Source: an uncultured Methanolobus sp. (GTDB taxonomy: Archaea; Halobacteriota; Methanosarcinia; Methanosarcinales; Methanosarcinaceae). From it: a stretch of DNA of 64,000 nucleotides. The position numbers and the translations under genes were made by a program. The DNA lies in contig OY776215.1 of NCBI GenBank assembly GCA_963675495.1, positions 2,176,001-2,240,000 of the forward strand. The letters run 5' to 3'. A model generated the notes under the pieces. It did no database searches and was not told where the DNA came from. It saw only the letters and a program-made list of their open reading frames with translations. Below, piece after piece: positions 30,106 to 42,474 of this stretch; position 1 is the stretch's first letter, and each line of letters opens with the position of its first letter.

Positions 30106-30972
30106 TCAGACTACTTGAAGAAAATTCATTATCCCATGACAATTGCATGTTGTCGCAATAAAGAAGATCCTATCCTCAACAGAGCACATGTCTGTTTTTC
30201 CATTCACGACTTTCACGTGTTCCATTATAGACAGCATATGTTCTTTAAAGTCAATACCCTTTATTCCGCCAATTCCTGGCTTCATCTGGCAACTCTCAAA
30301 TACCCAACCCCTATGGGAGGATAGTAACTTCTTAACATAAGCAGTTATAGTCTCAGGCTTCTCTCTTTTGAAGTTGTAGCAGTATTTTTCAGGTCCCATG
30401 CAATTATCAGGACATATCTCACCCATTTTAGCATATGAGAACATAATGACACCATCAGCAGGTGAATTAAATACTACTGTTTCTTCTGGTAGTTTGGACA
30501 TAACATCATAGAAACATGCAGTCTGTTTTTCATTTTTATCTTCAAAAGCAAGATATGAGATCAACGGTCTGGAATAAACAGAACCTAGCATATCGGTTGC
30601 CATATTAGCAACAGCATGAGTAGGTACAGCAGGGATAATGTATTGCGGAATACCGGCTTCCAGAATTAGGGGAACATCATGAACATCCATGCAGTGGAAA
30701 TAGACATTGTTTTCGTTTTCTTTTGATTCCCTATAAGTCCTGATGAGCCTGAAAAGTTCCTCCCTGTCAACTACTATTGAACTGTTTGAAGCATCTGCAT
30801 TCTCATCAATATCAATAATCACAACAAACGGAAAGGATTGCTCTTTTGAATACCTGGCAAAATCACTTCCAATATTTCCACCACCGAGCACAAGGCAATA
30901 GCCTTCCATAACCTGCAGCGAGCGAAAATTGGTAATTCTCTGGTTCAGGTTGGAAAGGAGATCATTGTTCAC
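30106..30972 (-). CDS. Rossmann-fold protein with Cys-rich C-terminal domain, unknown function
   Basis: VLGGGNIG..IID; CPDNCMGPEKYC; TTCNCHG. Confidence 0.75.
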   Translation of the reverse strand: MNNDLLSNLNQRITNFRSLQVMEGYCLVLGGGNIGSDFARYSKEQSFPFVVIIDIDENADASNSSIVVDREELFRLIRTYRESKENENNVYFHCMDVHDVPLILEAGIPQYIIPAVPTHAVANMATDMLGSVYSRPLISYLAFEDKNEKQTACFYDVMSKLPEETVVFNSPADGVIMFSYAKMGEICPDNCMGPEKYCYNFKREKPETITAYVKKLLSSHRGWVFESCQMKPGIGGIKGIDFKEHMLSIMEHVKVVNGKTDMCSVEDRIFFIATTCNCHGIMNFLQVV

Positions 30973-31093
30973 AATAAGAAAAGGAAATAGCAGTATATAT
31001 TCGATTCGTTTTTAGCATAATCATGAAAAATGAGACAAATGTATAAGGAAACAAAATGAAAATAATGGAGCAAAACATTACTCCACTAAATGA

Positions 31094-31561
31094 TCATTTT
31101 ACCCTGCTGCCATATATTTTCTGTAAATGGTCCTTTGGATCAAAATCAGTCTTAAATTTCAGCTTACCTGAATTAGACTGTATGACGACCTGCCATGTAA
31201 TCTGAATCTGATCGTCATCTTGGCTACTCTTTTTCTTTACCTTTATAGAACTTATACCTGCATTAGGAATTGTGAAGTTTGCCTCATTCTCTGCCAGTGC
31301 AGCCTGCGCACTCATTCCTGCATACCTTTCCGCATACCTGAAGGAACCCTTTATCTGTGCACCCCATTGTCCAAAGAAACCTTTTCCTTCTGCTTTGGCT
31401 TGATCACGAGACTCCTTGACAACCTGCTTCATAACGTCATTTGTTACCTTGGCAAATATAGTTGTATCAGGCGTTGCTACAAGTGTAAATGCATCGTAGG
31501 ACAAACCTAACATTTTACTTCTCCTCATGTTCGGAACAATGCCGATTACTTCGTCTTCCAT
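31094..31561 (-). CDS. hypothetical protein (possibly PH-like)
   Basis: GGAGG SD before ATG 31561; plausible composition. Confidence 0.65.
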   Translation of the reverse strand: MEDEVIGIVPNMRRSKMLGLSYDAFTLVATPDTTIFAKVTNDVMKQVVKESRDQAKAEGKGFFGQWGAQIKGSFRYAERYAGMSAQAALAENEANFTIPNAGISSIKVKKKSSQDDDQIQITWQVVIQSNSGKLKFKTDFDPKDHLQKIYGSRVK

Positions 31562-31864
31562 AAAAACCCTCCTTGACATCCAATGGATGTGCTACTGCCA
31601 TCTGCAACATTATTTTAATGATAATATATGGCAATAAATAAAAATGAACTAATAAATATATAAAGATTGTTATTTGAATTGTGCTTTTGGTTTATTATTA
31701 AAAAATAATGGAATGGATTACACAGACAATTTCACAGATGCAATTGAAAAATAGAGCTTAGTGCCAACATCAACTTTATATTGAAACTTGCTAAAAAGCA
31801 ATGTCATGAACTGCCATGGCAGGTGTAAAATAAAAATAAAAAAGAAAGTACTTAAAAAGATACT

Positions 31865-33079
<1,215 letters not shown>

Positions 33080-33189
33080 TTAAAAATGTTCATTGTAAAT
33101 TATTTCTCTATTCTAGATGGATAAGAGCCACGGCTGACTCATAATTAAAAAAGAAAATAGGGAGCACCTAGGGTGCTACTTCAAATTAC

Positions 33190-33468
33190 TTAGATATCTA
33201 TAGCGGTCTTAAAAACTGACATAAACTCGTCACACTGGGTAACCAGACTGTTTGCAGCATCCTTTACAACATCTATAGGATCTGCTCCATCTGTTCTCAC
33301 AAAAAGGATAGGGTCACTTATTGATACGTGTTTCATATCATATGTTGCTATCTGAACCCTTTTGTCATCGAGAAGAGTTGACTTAAGCATATTGAGAAGA
33401 GTATGATTTTCACCTATGATCTCAAGGTGCATCTCATCGTCAGTTTTATCAATGATCTTCAATTCCAT
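33190..33468 (-). CDS. rpoL: RNA polymerase subunit L (Rpo11)
   Basis: GENHTLLNML and YDMKH. Confidence 0.93.
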   Translation of the reverse strand: MELKIIDKTDDEMHLEIIGENHTLLNMLKSTLLDDKRVQIATYDMKHVSISDPILFVRTDGADPIDVVKDAANSLVTQCDEFMSVFKTAIDI

Positions 33469-33504
33469 CTTTATTTCACCTAATTATAATTATCAATATA
33501 ATGT

Positions 33505-34311
33505 TCAGACAATTCCTGTTCCGTAGTCAGAAGAGATCTTTCTTTTCTCTATGCGACCACATGTGGGACATTTTAGTCTGTTGTTGTCTTTTACAAGATC
33601 TGACCTGCATTTTGAGCAATAAGCTTTCATAACTCCAAGAGATTTACCATCAGTACTCAGACGCATATTCTGGGTATTAATTACCTTTGCTTTTACTACA
33701 TCTGAAAGGGCAAATTCCTGGCCGAGGTTCTTGACATATGAATCCTTGACGTTAGATACGTGGATAGCTGCTGCGCCGTTGGTCTGGAACTCACGGTCAC
33801 CCTTGCCTTTGATAGCTCCTATTTCCACCAATGCAACGGACTCACGCATATTGACCACGTTCCCAACAATGATGTCACCTTCAATTAATTCAGGTGGAGT
33901 ACTTGTCTGTGGGACAATGGAGATGATCCTTGATTTTCTGTCTATCCTTACATATCCGGTACCAAGTGAATGGATGTCTGCCACGTTGACATAGGTTCCA
34001 TTACCTGCCTTGAACTCTTCCGTAGTTCCTACGAAGTCACCAGGCATTACAAAAACACTTTCTTCGATATTAACGTCGTCTTCGGTATCCATGTCATCTT
34101 CTTCCGTAGACCCTTTCATGGGTTTCATATTCTTCTTTCCTGCTTCACTGTTTCTTCTTTGTACCTTTTCATCATTAGCGGAACCCTTTTTGGGTACACC
34201 AGTAGCTTTCGGTCCTTTAACTGGAACCTCTTCTTCGCCAACCTGCTGTTCTCCGGAATTAGATGATTTGATCTTCCTGCGTGAAGTCTTTCGTCTATTT
34301 CTTATTCTAAT
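33505..34311 (-). CDS. csl4: exosome RNA-binding cap protein Csl4 with N-terminal extension (probable ATT start)
   Basis: VMPGD, IHVSNV, LGV and CSKC..CPTC..ERKIS motifs; frame open 61 codons upstream of ATG 34128. Confidence 0.88.
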   Translation of the reverse strand: MRIRNRRKTSRRKIKSSNSGEQQVGEEEVPVKGPKATGVPKKGSANDEKVQRRNSEAGKKNMKPMKGSTEEDDMDTEDDVNIEESVFVMPGDFVGTTEEFKAGNGTYVNVADIHSLGTGYVRIDRKSRIISIVPQTSTPPELIEGDIIVGNVVNMRESVALVEIGAIKGKGDREFQTNGAAAIHVSNVKDSYVKNLGQEFALSDVVKAKVINTQNMRLSTDGKSLGVMKAYCSKCRSDLVKDNNRLKCPTCGRIEKRKISSDYGTGIV

Positions 34312-34400
34312 AAGAATCCCTCATATAATCTGAAATTAATATAAAAGTGCATAAGGTCCATGATATTTTTCAAGTAAGAACTGCATTAAATCATAAATTA

Positions 34401-34994
34401 TTATCGCACAATGCGATAGATTTCTACCTTTACCATTTCTACTTCTTTTTTATGAAATTTAAATGTTCGTTTTATTGGAAATGCCGTTGTGTACCAATCT
34501 GTTATCCTGGCATCGCCAATGAACTTATGAATAAAATCATGGCTCCCGCAATTATGAATGGAATATATCACATCACTGGCTTTCAACGCACTTAAAAGAA
34601 ACGGTCGGTCACTCCCTTTGGTCTGCGCACCAAACGGAGGGTTCATAATAACCGTGTCAGCATGCCCATCTACTTCGAAAATATCGTTGTGGACAAACTC
34701 TACATCTACTCCTAGTTTTTCAGCATTTTTCCGTGCAATCTCTAAAGCCTTATGGTCAATATCAAAACCGACTACCTTTTCAGCTCCAAGTAATTTTGCT
34801 CCAATCGCAAGCATTCCTGTGCCACACCCGAGGTCGAACACATCACCCTCAAGATCACCTTGCATGTAAGCAAAATGCAACATCTCAGCTGCAAGCAGTG
34901 CAGGGGTGGCATATTGTTCAAGGGAAGCACTGGGCTTATCAAAACCATCTACCTGCTCAAGTAAGATCTCAAGCTTTCGTTGCTTCAATTTCAT
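34401..34994 (-). CDS. METTL5-family methyltransferase
   Basis: LEQYATP, DLGCGTG and MNPPFG. Confidence 0.92.
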   Translation of the reverse strand: MKLKQRKLEILLEQVDGFDKPSASLEQYATPALLAAEMLHFAYMQGDLEGDVFDLGCGTGMLAIGAKLLGAEKVVGFDIDHKALEIARKNAEKLGVDVEFVHNDIFEVDGHADTVIMNPPFGAQTKGSDRPFLLSALKASDVIYSIHNCGSHDFIHKFIGDARITDWYTTAFPIKRTFKFHKKEVEMVKVEIYRIVR

Positions 34995-35992
34995 TCACCT
35001 GTGATCTCATCGAATACAAGGTCTTCCCAATCCCTCTCACCAAGCACGATCTCAAACTCCATTGGGGTCAACATTGGTGCATTGAACCTTCCTACTTCAT
35101 CAACAGCAAGCCGGGGACATGCCGTATTCACAAAAGAGTCCACCTTGAACTGCAATAACTGGTCCGGGGTGACAAGATCCATTGTAAGAATATGGGCTTC
35201 CTTACCATGTTTCTTTGCCATGTTCTTCAGTTCTTCAGCAAGCTTCATTCGATCCTGTCCTGGTTTTGTAGATACCACTATACCAAAAACCTCAGCATCC
35301 AGTGATTTTGCTATCACCGCACTTCTTTGCCGGAGTATTCTGGAACTGTCAGCCTCACGAAGTTCATTCACAAATGGATCTGCGATAAGGACATGTTTCT
35401 TTGTTGCCAGCGAAACGCCAAGTGGGTGGAACTGTCCACTTCCAATGTATAGATACTCATCACACTCTTCTTTCCTTGCAGTAGAGAAATTACATCCCAG
35501 TACCTGTCCAGGGTATGCTATCTTACTATCGCCAGCACATATAACACATTCTTTGCCATGCTCTTTAAGGATTGAAGCTGCATCTTCCAGCTTATGCACG
35601 TGTTGAACCGTGCTTATCAGACCTATCTTCTGGCCCTGAAGCTCAGCAACAGCCAGCTTTACGACATCCTTAACATCCACAGCTGATCTTGTCTCAATGA
35701 AATAAACCTTCTGTGAAAGTTTGTTATCATCAAGGTGCGCATGGCCAAAGTGGAAAAGGATCTCTACTTTTTCCAGTAAAGCCACATCAAGGTCACATGC
35801 TCCGAAACACGGATTCCCGGATATAAATACAGTGACGTCAGTCTCATCCTCTATCCTTGAGGCAATTCCAGGGGAGCGCCTTTTGAAACCTTCCGGGAAC
35901 TGTAATCCTATGACCTTCGCATCTGTATCCTTAATGACAGAGATGATACGGTCAAGCTGAAAATCAAAAGCTTCTCCTTCACTCATGAGCAT
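34991..35992 (-). CDS. dph2: diphthamide biosynthesis protein Dph2
   Basis: LQFPEG, CFGACD, GQVLGC and ACPRL. Confidence 0.95.
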   Translation of the reverse strand: MLMSEGEAFDFQLDRIISVIKDTDAKVIGLQFPEGFKRRSPGIASRIEDETDVTVFISGNPCFGACDLDVALLEKVEILFHFGHAHLDDNKLSQKVYFIETRSAVDVKDVVKLAVAELQGQKIGLISTVQHVHKLEDAASILKEHGKECVICAGDSKIAYPGQVLGCNFSTARKEECDEYLYIGSGQFHPLGVSLATKKHVLIADPFVNELREADSSRILRQRSAVIAKSLDAEVFGIVVSTKPGQDRMKLAEELKNMAKKHGKEAHILTMDLVTPDQLLQFKVDSFVNTACPRLAVDEVGRFNAPMLTPMEFEIVLGERDWEDLVFDEITGE

Positions 35993-36542
35993 CCTCTATG
36001 GAAACACCTTTTTCAGTTACATCGATGCGTACCAGGGTCTTAACTTCGATTCCCATGTCCTTTAATCTTGAAAGGCCATCACCGCGTTCAATAATAACGA
36101 TTGTGTCTGTGACAACGGCGCCAATGCCTTCAAGAGCTTTCATTAATGATTCAAGAGTTCCACCTGTGCTTATGACGTCATCAACGATAAGCACCCTGTC
36201 TCCTTTTTTGACATCATTGACATAAAGCTCGCCTTTTGAGTAACCGGTTTCCTGTGAAAGTTTGATCTCGCCTTCAAGCTCATAGGGTCTTTTCCTTATT
36301 ATTGTGAATGGAACACCTGTTTTCATGGATATTGCTGTGGCAAGGGGGATACCCATGGCTTCTATAGCAAGTATCTTATCAAAATCCTTGCTGACCATTC
36401 CTAATATGTGTTCTGTGATCTCCTCAAGAAGCTCAGGTTTAAGTTGCGGAACTCCATCTGAGATGGGATGGATAAAATAATAGTACTCTCCCCTCTGCAC
36501 AATAGGTGCATTTAACAGGGATTCACGAAGTATCTTTAGCAT
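35979..36542 (-). CDS. hpt: hypoxanthine/guanine phosphoribosyltransferase
   Basis: YFIHPISDG and [10 protein letters not shown]. Confidence 0.88.
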   Translation of the reverse strand: MLKILRESLLNAPIVQRGEYYYFIHPISDGVPQLKPELLEEITEHILGMVSKDFDKILAIEAMGIPLATAISMKTGVPFTIIRKRPYELEGEIKLSQETGYSKGELYVNDVKKGDRVLIVDDVISTGGTLESLMKALEGIGAVVTDTIVIIERGDGLSRLKDMGIEVKTLVRIDVTEKGVSIEDAHE

Positions 36543-36601
36543 AGTTACCGCTTACTACCTGCCAATATATAAAAATAGACCGTTAAAGTAAAACTCCATG
36601 G

Positions 36602-38182
36602 TCATACTGCCACAAAAGCTGTTTTTTCATCTCTCTCCTGCCTTATGGCAGAATACAGGGCTTCTTTGCTCAGTGACTTTGGATGATAATAGCTTCCGTT
36701 GCTTTGCATGGCAACTTCTCTGGAAAGCTCGGAACCGGTATTGCTTATGTCCACCACGAGAATGTTGACGTGATGGTCGGATATTTGTTTGCAGATCTGC
36801 ATGATCTCTCTTCTTATATTTCCTCCAAGGTGAAGGGGAGAGTTTGCTGTTCCGTCAGTGACCAATATCATGATAGGCACCGCAGATGGTTCTTTTTTTA
36901 CTTCCCTGATAAGGGTGTCCAGTCCCCTCAACAGTCCTGAAGCCATTGGGGTAGTGCCTCCGAAAGGTACTTTCTCAAGATAACGCTTTGCAGCTTCCAC
37001 CGATGAGGTGAAAGGAAGCACCAGTTCACCGGAACGTCCACTATATGTGACAAGTGAAACCCTGTCTCTGCGTTGGTATGCATCTTTCAGCAGAGCGAGA
37101 ACCACACTTGTAGTTATTTGGATCTTTTCATGTTCATCCATTGAACCGGATGTGTCAAAAACGATATTTATTAGACTGGAAATACGCCTCCTTCTAACCT
37201 TTTCCCGAATATCGCTTTTTTTGATCTCTATCTTCCCGTCCTTTGCATGCTGTGCTGCTGCGCGTACCGTTGGAGCAATGGCAATGTCAGTGATCTTCTC
37301 ACCAGGCATCCTGTATCTCACATAGCGCCCACGTTTGCTTTTGGTCAGCACCTCTGCCCGCCTTCCCGATTTTAATCTTCCTGTAGCAAGTCTTTTCTTC
37401 TGAGAACCACGGGCAAAATCATTTAGGATCTTACCAACTGTCTTGTCGTCTTTGAGGTCTTCAAGCAATTTCTCTGAGCTTGATTTTTCACAAGTTGACG
37501 TTGATCCATTTTCAAATTCTATTTCCAGGTCATCGTGACTGATAATCGGAACGTATTCTTTTGGAATCAGCTCTACACATATTTCTGGTTCATACAAGCA
37601 AACAGGGGACGATGACTCAAAGATAGTTTCTTCAAATGCTGCCTGCCGAGGTCCCTCTAAAACATATTCTTTCGTTGATTCGTCAGTTTCATTTGTTTCA
37701 TGTTTTAGCAGATCAGCAAAAATTGACTTATTGTGTTCATCTTCGTAAGATTCCTTTTTCCCAGACTGAACAAAAGTGTCTTCAGGTAACACATCAGCAA
37801 CTAATGAACTATCCGGGTCAGTCATCTCAGCAGGCAGTACGACTGCATAATTTTGCAGTGCATTATCCTGTTGATTTTTGAATGCTGCCGCCACTGCAGT
37901 ATCTGATGTACCTATGAGGGGTTTAAAGAATGCCTCTGGAGTCATTGTCATGTGATCTGAATCTGCCACAATATAGACATCCTCGATTTCAGCAGGCCTT
38001 ATTTGCTCCATATTTGAATACAGTTTATCATACAAGGTCTCAGTGTCTTCCTTTGATAATTCAGAAACGGAGTTTCTGGGGATGCGAAGGCCGAGTACAG
38101 GTGCACCTATGTGCATCACTTTTATGCCGTAATTGCGAGGAAGATTCCTGCGCAGGCGCTGAACAAGTTCACTCTCGCTCAT
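36602..38182 (-). CDS. vWA-domain chelatase D-subunit-like protein lacking an AAA domain
   Basis: DIAIAPTVRAAA, MIDAS DTSGSM, DAYQRRD, GGTTP and TDG motifs; long acidic linker. Confidence 0.85.
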   Translation of the reverse strand: MSESELVQRLRRNLPRNYGIKVMHIGAPVLGLRIPRNSVSELSKEDTETLYDKLYSNMEQIRPAEIEDVYIVADSDHMTMTPEAFFKPLIGTSDTAVAAAFKNQQDNALQNYAVVLPAEMTDPDSSLVADVLPEDTFVQSGKKESYEDEHNKSIFADLLKHETNETDESTKEYVLEGPRQAAFEETIFESSSPVCLYEPEICVELIPKEYVPIISHDDLEIEFENGSTSTCEKSSSEKLLEDLKDDKTVGKILNDFARGSQKKRLATGRLKSGRRAEVLTKSKRGRYVRYRMPGEKITDIAIAPTVRAAAQHAKDGKIEIKKSDIREKVRRRRISSLINIVFDTSGSMDEHEKIQITTSVVLALLKDAYQRRDRVSLVTYSGRSGELVLPFTSSVEAAKRYLEKVPFGGTTPMASGLLRGLDTLIREVKKEPSAVPIMILVTDGTANSPLHLGGNIRREIMQICKQISDHHVNILVVDISNTGSELSREVAMQSNGSYYHPKSLSKEALYSAIRQERDEKTAFVAV

Positions 38183-38195
38183 CCCCGCACCCCGC

Positions 38196-39317
38196 TTATA
38201 CCTTCCCGTCTACAACTGCCCTTAGTTGATCAACGCTGAATTCCTCTTCCTCAAATGGCTTCTTGCGCATCCTGTGCGGCAGGACCATTTCTGAGGCTTC
38301 GATAATATCATCATTGGTTATACGTTCTCTACTCTCATAGGCTGCATTTGTGCGAGCGGCACGCTCTATCATAATGTCTGCACGGTGTCCATCCACATTG
38401 AAAGCAATGCATATCTCTGCAATTGTACGTAAATTCTCTCTTGTAGCAGTCACCCTTGGAAGCATCTGCATGGCCTTTACGATCTTTGAGCGCAGTTTCT
38501 CCTGTTCAGCTTCAAATTCGCGAATGAACTGTTTTTGATCGTCATTGAACCTATTTCGCCTTTCTACGATCTCGATACGTTGCTCGACATCATAGATACC
38601 GGTGACCTCTACCTGCAATGCTATCCTGTCAAGCAGTTGCGGGCGAAGTTCTCCTTCTTCCGGGTTCATACTACCTACTATAATGAAATTTGCAGGATGG
38701 CTGACACTTACTCCTTCACGTTCAACGGTATTCACATTCATTGCTGCAGCATCGAGTAGTGCATCAACGACAAAATCATCCAGCAGGTTTATCTCATCAA
38801 CATAGAGGATACCACGGTTTGCCTGGGCGAGAATGCCTGGATCAAATGCCTGTACACCCTGACGAACAGCTTTTTCGATGTCCAGACTGCCAACAACTCT
38901 ATCTTCGGTGGCACCTACCGGGAGGTCCACTACTTTCATCTGGCGTTTATTGGCATGGAGTGTGGCTTTCCTTTTCTTCTCGGCACACTCCCAGCAGAAA
39001 TTCTCGGGGTCTTTCGGGTCACAGTTGAATTTACATCCCTCTACGACTTCTATCTCTGGAAGTACCTCTGCCAGACCTCTTACAGCAGTAGATTTAGCTG
39101 TACCCTTCTGTCCGCGTATAAGTACTCCTCCAATCGAAGGATTTATTGTGTTCAATATAAGTGCCCTGAGCATTTTTTCCTGCCCGACTATGGCTGATAT
39201 TGGATAAAGCACCCTTTCTGTCTTTGTGGCCTTGCGGGCAATATCTTCCAGATATTGTGAAGGCTCTTCCACGGTTTTTGGAACTTCTTTTATTGTTCCT
39301 GTAATACTTGAACTCAT
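38196..39317 (-). CDS. ChlI/BchI-like AAA+ chelatase subunit
   Basis: [29 protein letters not shown] and [14 protein letters not shown]. Confidence 0.92.
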   Translation of the reverse strand: MSSSITGTIKEVPKTVEEPSQYLEDIARKATKTERVLYPISAIVGQEKMLRALILNTINPSIGGVLIRGQKGTAKSTAVRGLAEVLPEIEVVEGCKFNCDPKDPENFCWECAEKKRKATLHANKRQMKVVDLPVGATEDRVVGSLDIEKAVRQGVQAFDPGILAQANRGILYVDEINLLDDFVVDALLDAAAMNVNTVEREGVSVSHPANFIIVGSMNPEEGELRPQLLDRIALQVEVTGIYDVEQRIEIVERRNRFNDDQKQFIREFEAEQEKLRSKIVKAMQMLPRVTATRENLRTIAEICIAFNVDGHRADIMIERAARTNAAYESRERITNDDIIEASEMVLPHRMRKKPFEEEEFSVDQLRAVVDGKV

Positions 39318-39377
39318 ATTATCGCCTTTTCCAGCATGAAATCTTACATATTGTCACTTGTTATTTATCGCTTGAAT

Positions 39378-39785
39378 TTACAGATATCTTAGAATAATCG
39401 CAGAAATCAGAGCCAGGAACAGGAGTATAAGGCCTCCTACAAAAAAACTAAACACTATTCTGATATGCACTTTCTTTTCCGCGTTCTTTGCAAGTCCATT
39501 AAGTTCGTACAATGAGAATGAAGAACTTAGCAGGAAAAGGATCGATGACAATAGCAACAATGAACCTGCTACGAGGATATACTCTGCTGTCCATGTAAGA
39601 GCCTTTGCATTCAAAAGATCAAGAAAAAAGTCTTTCCCATGTCTCACATACGAAGCCGTGATCCATAACATGGTGTATGCAATTTCTGCGGCGCCCATTA
39701 TTACCGAGCAGATCGCAGTTGTCATAAGCGTGACCATCATCCCTATGTCAGGGATTTTAATATCGATTTTCCATTCATCACCCAC
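39378..39785 (-). CDS. 3-TM membrane protein, unknown function
   Basis: Hydrophobic segments; GGTGA SD. Confidence 0.65.
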   Translation of the reverse strand: MGDEWKIDIKIPDIGMMVTLMTTAICSVIMGAAEIAYTMLWITASYVRHGKDFFLDLLNAKALTWTAEYILVAGSLLLLSSILFLLSSSFSLYELNGLAKNAEKKVHIRIVFSFFVGGLILLFLALISAIILRYL

Positions 39786-39934
39786 AATTTCACCTTGAGA
39801 GTCTGTTTTGTATGGTATTCTCTCTAATTGAAGATATCCAATATATGTATTAAAATAATAAAAATATATGCATTAAAATATTTACTGGTGTCAAGGGCAA
39901 TAAAAAGAAAAAACAGCAGAACTATTGCAAAGTT

Positions 39935-40852
39935 CTACATTATTCTGAACTGTTCAAGTATATGTCTGGACAGATCATTACTTACATCCACGGACTTCAT
40001 CAAAGTATCAGTTCTGGATACTTCACATAGATCACTAAACTTTTTGTCATCAATTGTGTCACGCTCATCGAGTATCATGTGATCAAGGAAATCAGAATAA
40101 TATGAAGCAACGCCATAGGATGACACTTCAATTCTCCTTGCAGCCATTAATTTACCAGCCGGACCGCTCACAGGTTCTGTCCCAATGATGGGACTTACGG
40201 CAATGACCTTTTTATTTTCGAGTATATTTCGCATCCCTGGTAGTTCAATGATTGGTCCAATGCTTGTTATTGGATTGCTAGGGCCAATGAGGACCTCATC
40301 TTCATTTTCAAGTGCTTCCAAAACAGCAGGGGATATGGAAGCCTTTTCGATGCCTTCCTGACATACTTCAAGAACATCAGGCTTGCCGTGCTTTCCAATC
40401 CAGAACTCCTGGAAATGCATCTTCCCTTCAGGTGTACTTATCATGGAGGATACTGGGTCATTGGACATGGGTAGCACCTTTGCCTTCACTCCAAAGGATT
40501 GGCAAAGCTGAGTTATGGCTTCTGTAAGTGTCATTCCTCTGCGGATAAGGTCTGAGCGAATTATGTTGGTCGCGCGGTCAAGATCGCCCAACATCATAAG
40601 CTCGTTGTGTCCCAGTGCTTTCATAGTTTCATTAGTTATGTAAGTGTCACCTTTAACGCCCCACCAGCGAATGGTGTCCAATCTACCCGATAATAGGTAG
40701 AGTACAGTGTCAATGTCCGGGGTGACCAGGTTTCCTGATATCCATACATCTTCTGCAGTATTTACCACAATTGTGATCTCTTCTTCAGGGATTACTTCGC
40801 GAAGGCCGTTCAATAGTTTGGGAGTACCGGTGCCGCCTGAGAAAATTATCAT
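39935..40852 (-). CDS. cofD: 2-phospho-L-lactate transferase (F420 biosynthesis)
   Basis: SGGTGTPK, PDIDTV, LGDLDRAT, HFQEFW, GPSNPITSIGP and VSGPA. Confidence 0.95.
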   Translation of the reverse strand: MIIFSGGTGTPKLLNGLREVIPEEEITIVVNTAEDVWISGNLVTPDIDTVLYLLSGRLDTIRWWGVKGDTYITNETMKALGHNELMMLGDLDRATNIIRSDLIRRGMTLTEAITQLCQSFGVKAKVLPMSNDPVSSMISTPEGKMHFQEFWIGKHGKPDVLEVCQEGIEKASISPAVLEALENEDEVLIGPSNPITSIGPIIELPGMRNILENKKVIAVSPIIGTEPVSGPAGKLMAARRIEVSSYGVASYYSDFLDHMILDERDTIDDKKFSDLCEVSRTDTLMKSVDVSNDLSRHILEQFRIM

Positions 40853-40910
40853 GTTTATTCTCTTCCTGTTTATCGGAATATCATTATAAGATGACGCATA
40901 TTTGAAATGT

Positions 40911-42113
40911 ATGAAAGTCATCCGTGACCCGATTCATGGTTATATTGAGCTTGACACGCTCACGTTATCACTTATAGATTCCCCTCAGGTCCAACGCCTT
41001 AGAAGGATAAGCCAGCTTGGGCTATCAAACCTTGTGTATCCTGGAGCGAATCATACTCGTTTTGAGCATTCCCTTGGCGTGATGCATCTCGCAACCATGC
41101 TCACAGGGAAAATCGATTCCGTGGCAGACGATGAAAAAGAGGAATTAAAGGTTGCAGCTCTTCTTCATGATGTCGGACATGGTCCATTTTCGCATGTTAC
41201 TGAAGGTCTTACCAAACACTATACAAGACAACGGCATGAGGATGTCAGGGTAATGCTGAAAAAGGGTGAAATTGGCGATATACTTAATGAACATGGTTTG
41301 AACCCCGCAACAATCGAGGACCACATTCAGGGAAAGACAGACCTTGGAAAGATACTCAACAGTGAGATAGATGTGGATAGAATGGACTATCTTGTTAGAG
41401 ATTCCCATTACACGGGGGTGGCTTTCGGTCTTGTGGACCACGTCAGACTCATCAATGAGATGAAGTTCTATGAGAACAAACTTGTTGTCACAGCAGGTGG
41501 TGTCAAGGCAGCTGAGTCACTTCTCGTTTCCAGATTTCTTATGCATCCTTCTGTTTATTATCATCATGTTTCCCGAATAGGGGAAACCATGTTCACAAGA
41601 GCAGTGGATGATCTGATCCAAAAGAAGTCATTAAATGCTTTTGATCTGCGAAAAATGGATGATTCCAGACTTTTCGAAATGATACGCAATGACGATGGCT
41701 ATGCCGGGGAGCTGGCAGCTAAATTAGATGACAGGAAGCTCTACAAGAGGGCTCTATATGTAGGATTTGATGAGGTTGGTGAAGGGGTGCTCAAACATCG
41801 AAAGCACATCGAAAGAATAGAGGTGGAGATCGCAGAAGATGTTGGTATTGAGCCGAAAAATATTCTTATAGATATTCCAAAGAGTCCTGAAATAGCTGAA
41901 ATGAAAGCGCTGGTGAAGGTGAATAACAGGATGTTACGCCTGGATGAAGCTTCAAACGTTGTTGCAACACTCGAACAGGCCCATCGCGATAACTGGAAAA
42001 TGGGGGTCTACACTCCAAAGGAATACAGGGATGCTGTAACTAAAGCCGCGAAAGTCTTCTTTGATGTAAAGAGGACAACAAAACAGTTCCGTCTGAATGA
42101 GATTGAGGTGTAA
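40911..42113 (+). CDS. HD-domain phosphohydrolase (COG1078/SAMHD1-like)
   Basis: RDPIHG, HTRFEHSLG, LHDVGHGPFSH and DVDRMDYL. Confidence 0.92.
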   Translation: MKVIRDPIHGYIELDTLTLSLIDSPQVQRLRRISQLGLSNLVYPGANHTRFEHSLGVMHLATMLTGKIDSVADDEKEELKVAALLHDVGHGPFSHVTEGLTKHYTRQRHEDVRVMLKKGEIGDILNEHGLNPATIEDHIQGKTDLGKILNSEIDVDRMDYLVRDSHYTGVAFGLVDHVRLINEMKFYENKLVVTAGGVKAAESLLVSRFLMHPSVYYHHVSRIGETMFTRAVDDLIQKKSLNAFDLRKMDDSRLFEMIRNDDGYAGELAAKLDDRKLYKRALYVGFDEVGEGVLKHRKHIERIEVEIAEDVGIEPKNILIDIPKSPEIAEMKALVKVNNRMLRLDEASNVVATLEQAHRDNWKMGVYTPKEYRDAVTKAAKVFFDVKRTTKQFRLNEIEV

Positions 42114-42114
42114 G

Positions 42115-42474
42115 ATGCATCATATAAGGAAGGCAGTAGGTAGGATAAGCCTTGAACTTGAATGGAAAAAGGCAGGAGCTGATCATATTGCCTGTCTTAC
42201 AGGTGGGGAAAAACATGTTGGGGCTGTAGCTGTGGGTTTTTATGATGAATCTTCTGGCAGGGCATCATCTTCGGTAATAACAAACCCAGGACACAGGGAA
42301 ACGGATATTGCGTTACTTGGAGCAAAGGTATTCAGTGAAGCCAGCAAGTCTACATCGGTTTTTATAGTTGGTATTCATCTGGACAACATTACGAAAAAAG
42401 AGATAGTGGAAATTGTCTCTGTTTCAGAGGAAATGATCGATGAACTGTCGGTCATTATTCGGGAGGGTTTTTAA
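42115..42474 (+). CDS. LpdD-like protein (putative prFMN-binding/chaperone)
   Basis: TGG..HVGAVA, GHRE and GIHLDNITKKEI; abuts ubiX. Confidence 0.65.
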   Translation: MHHIRKAVGRISLELEWKKAGADHIACLTGGEKHVGAVAVGFYDESSGRASSSVITNPGHRETDIALLGAKVFSEASKSTSVFIVGIHLDNITKKEIVEIVSVSEEMIDELSVIIREGF

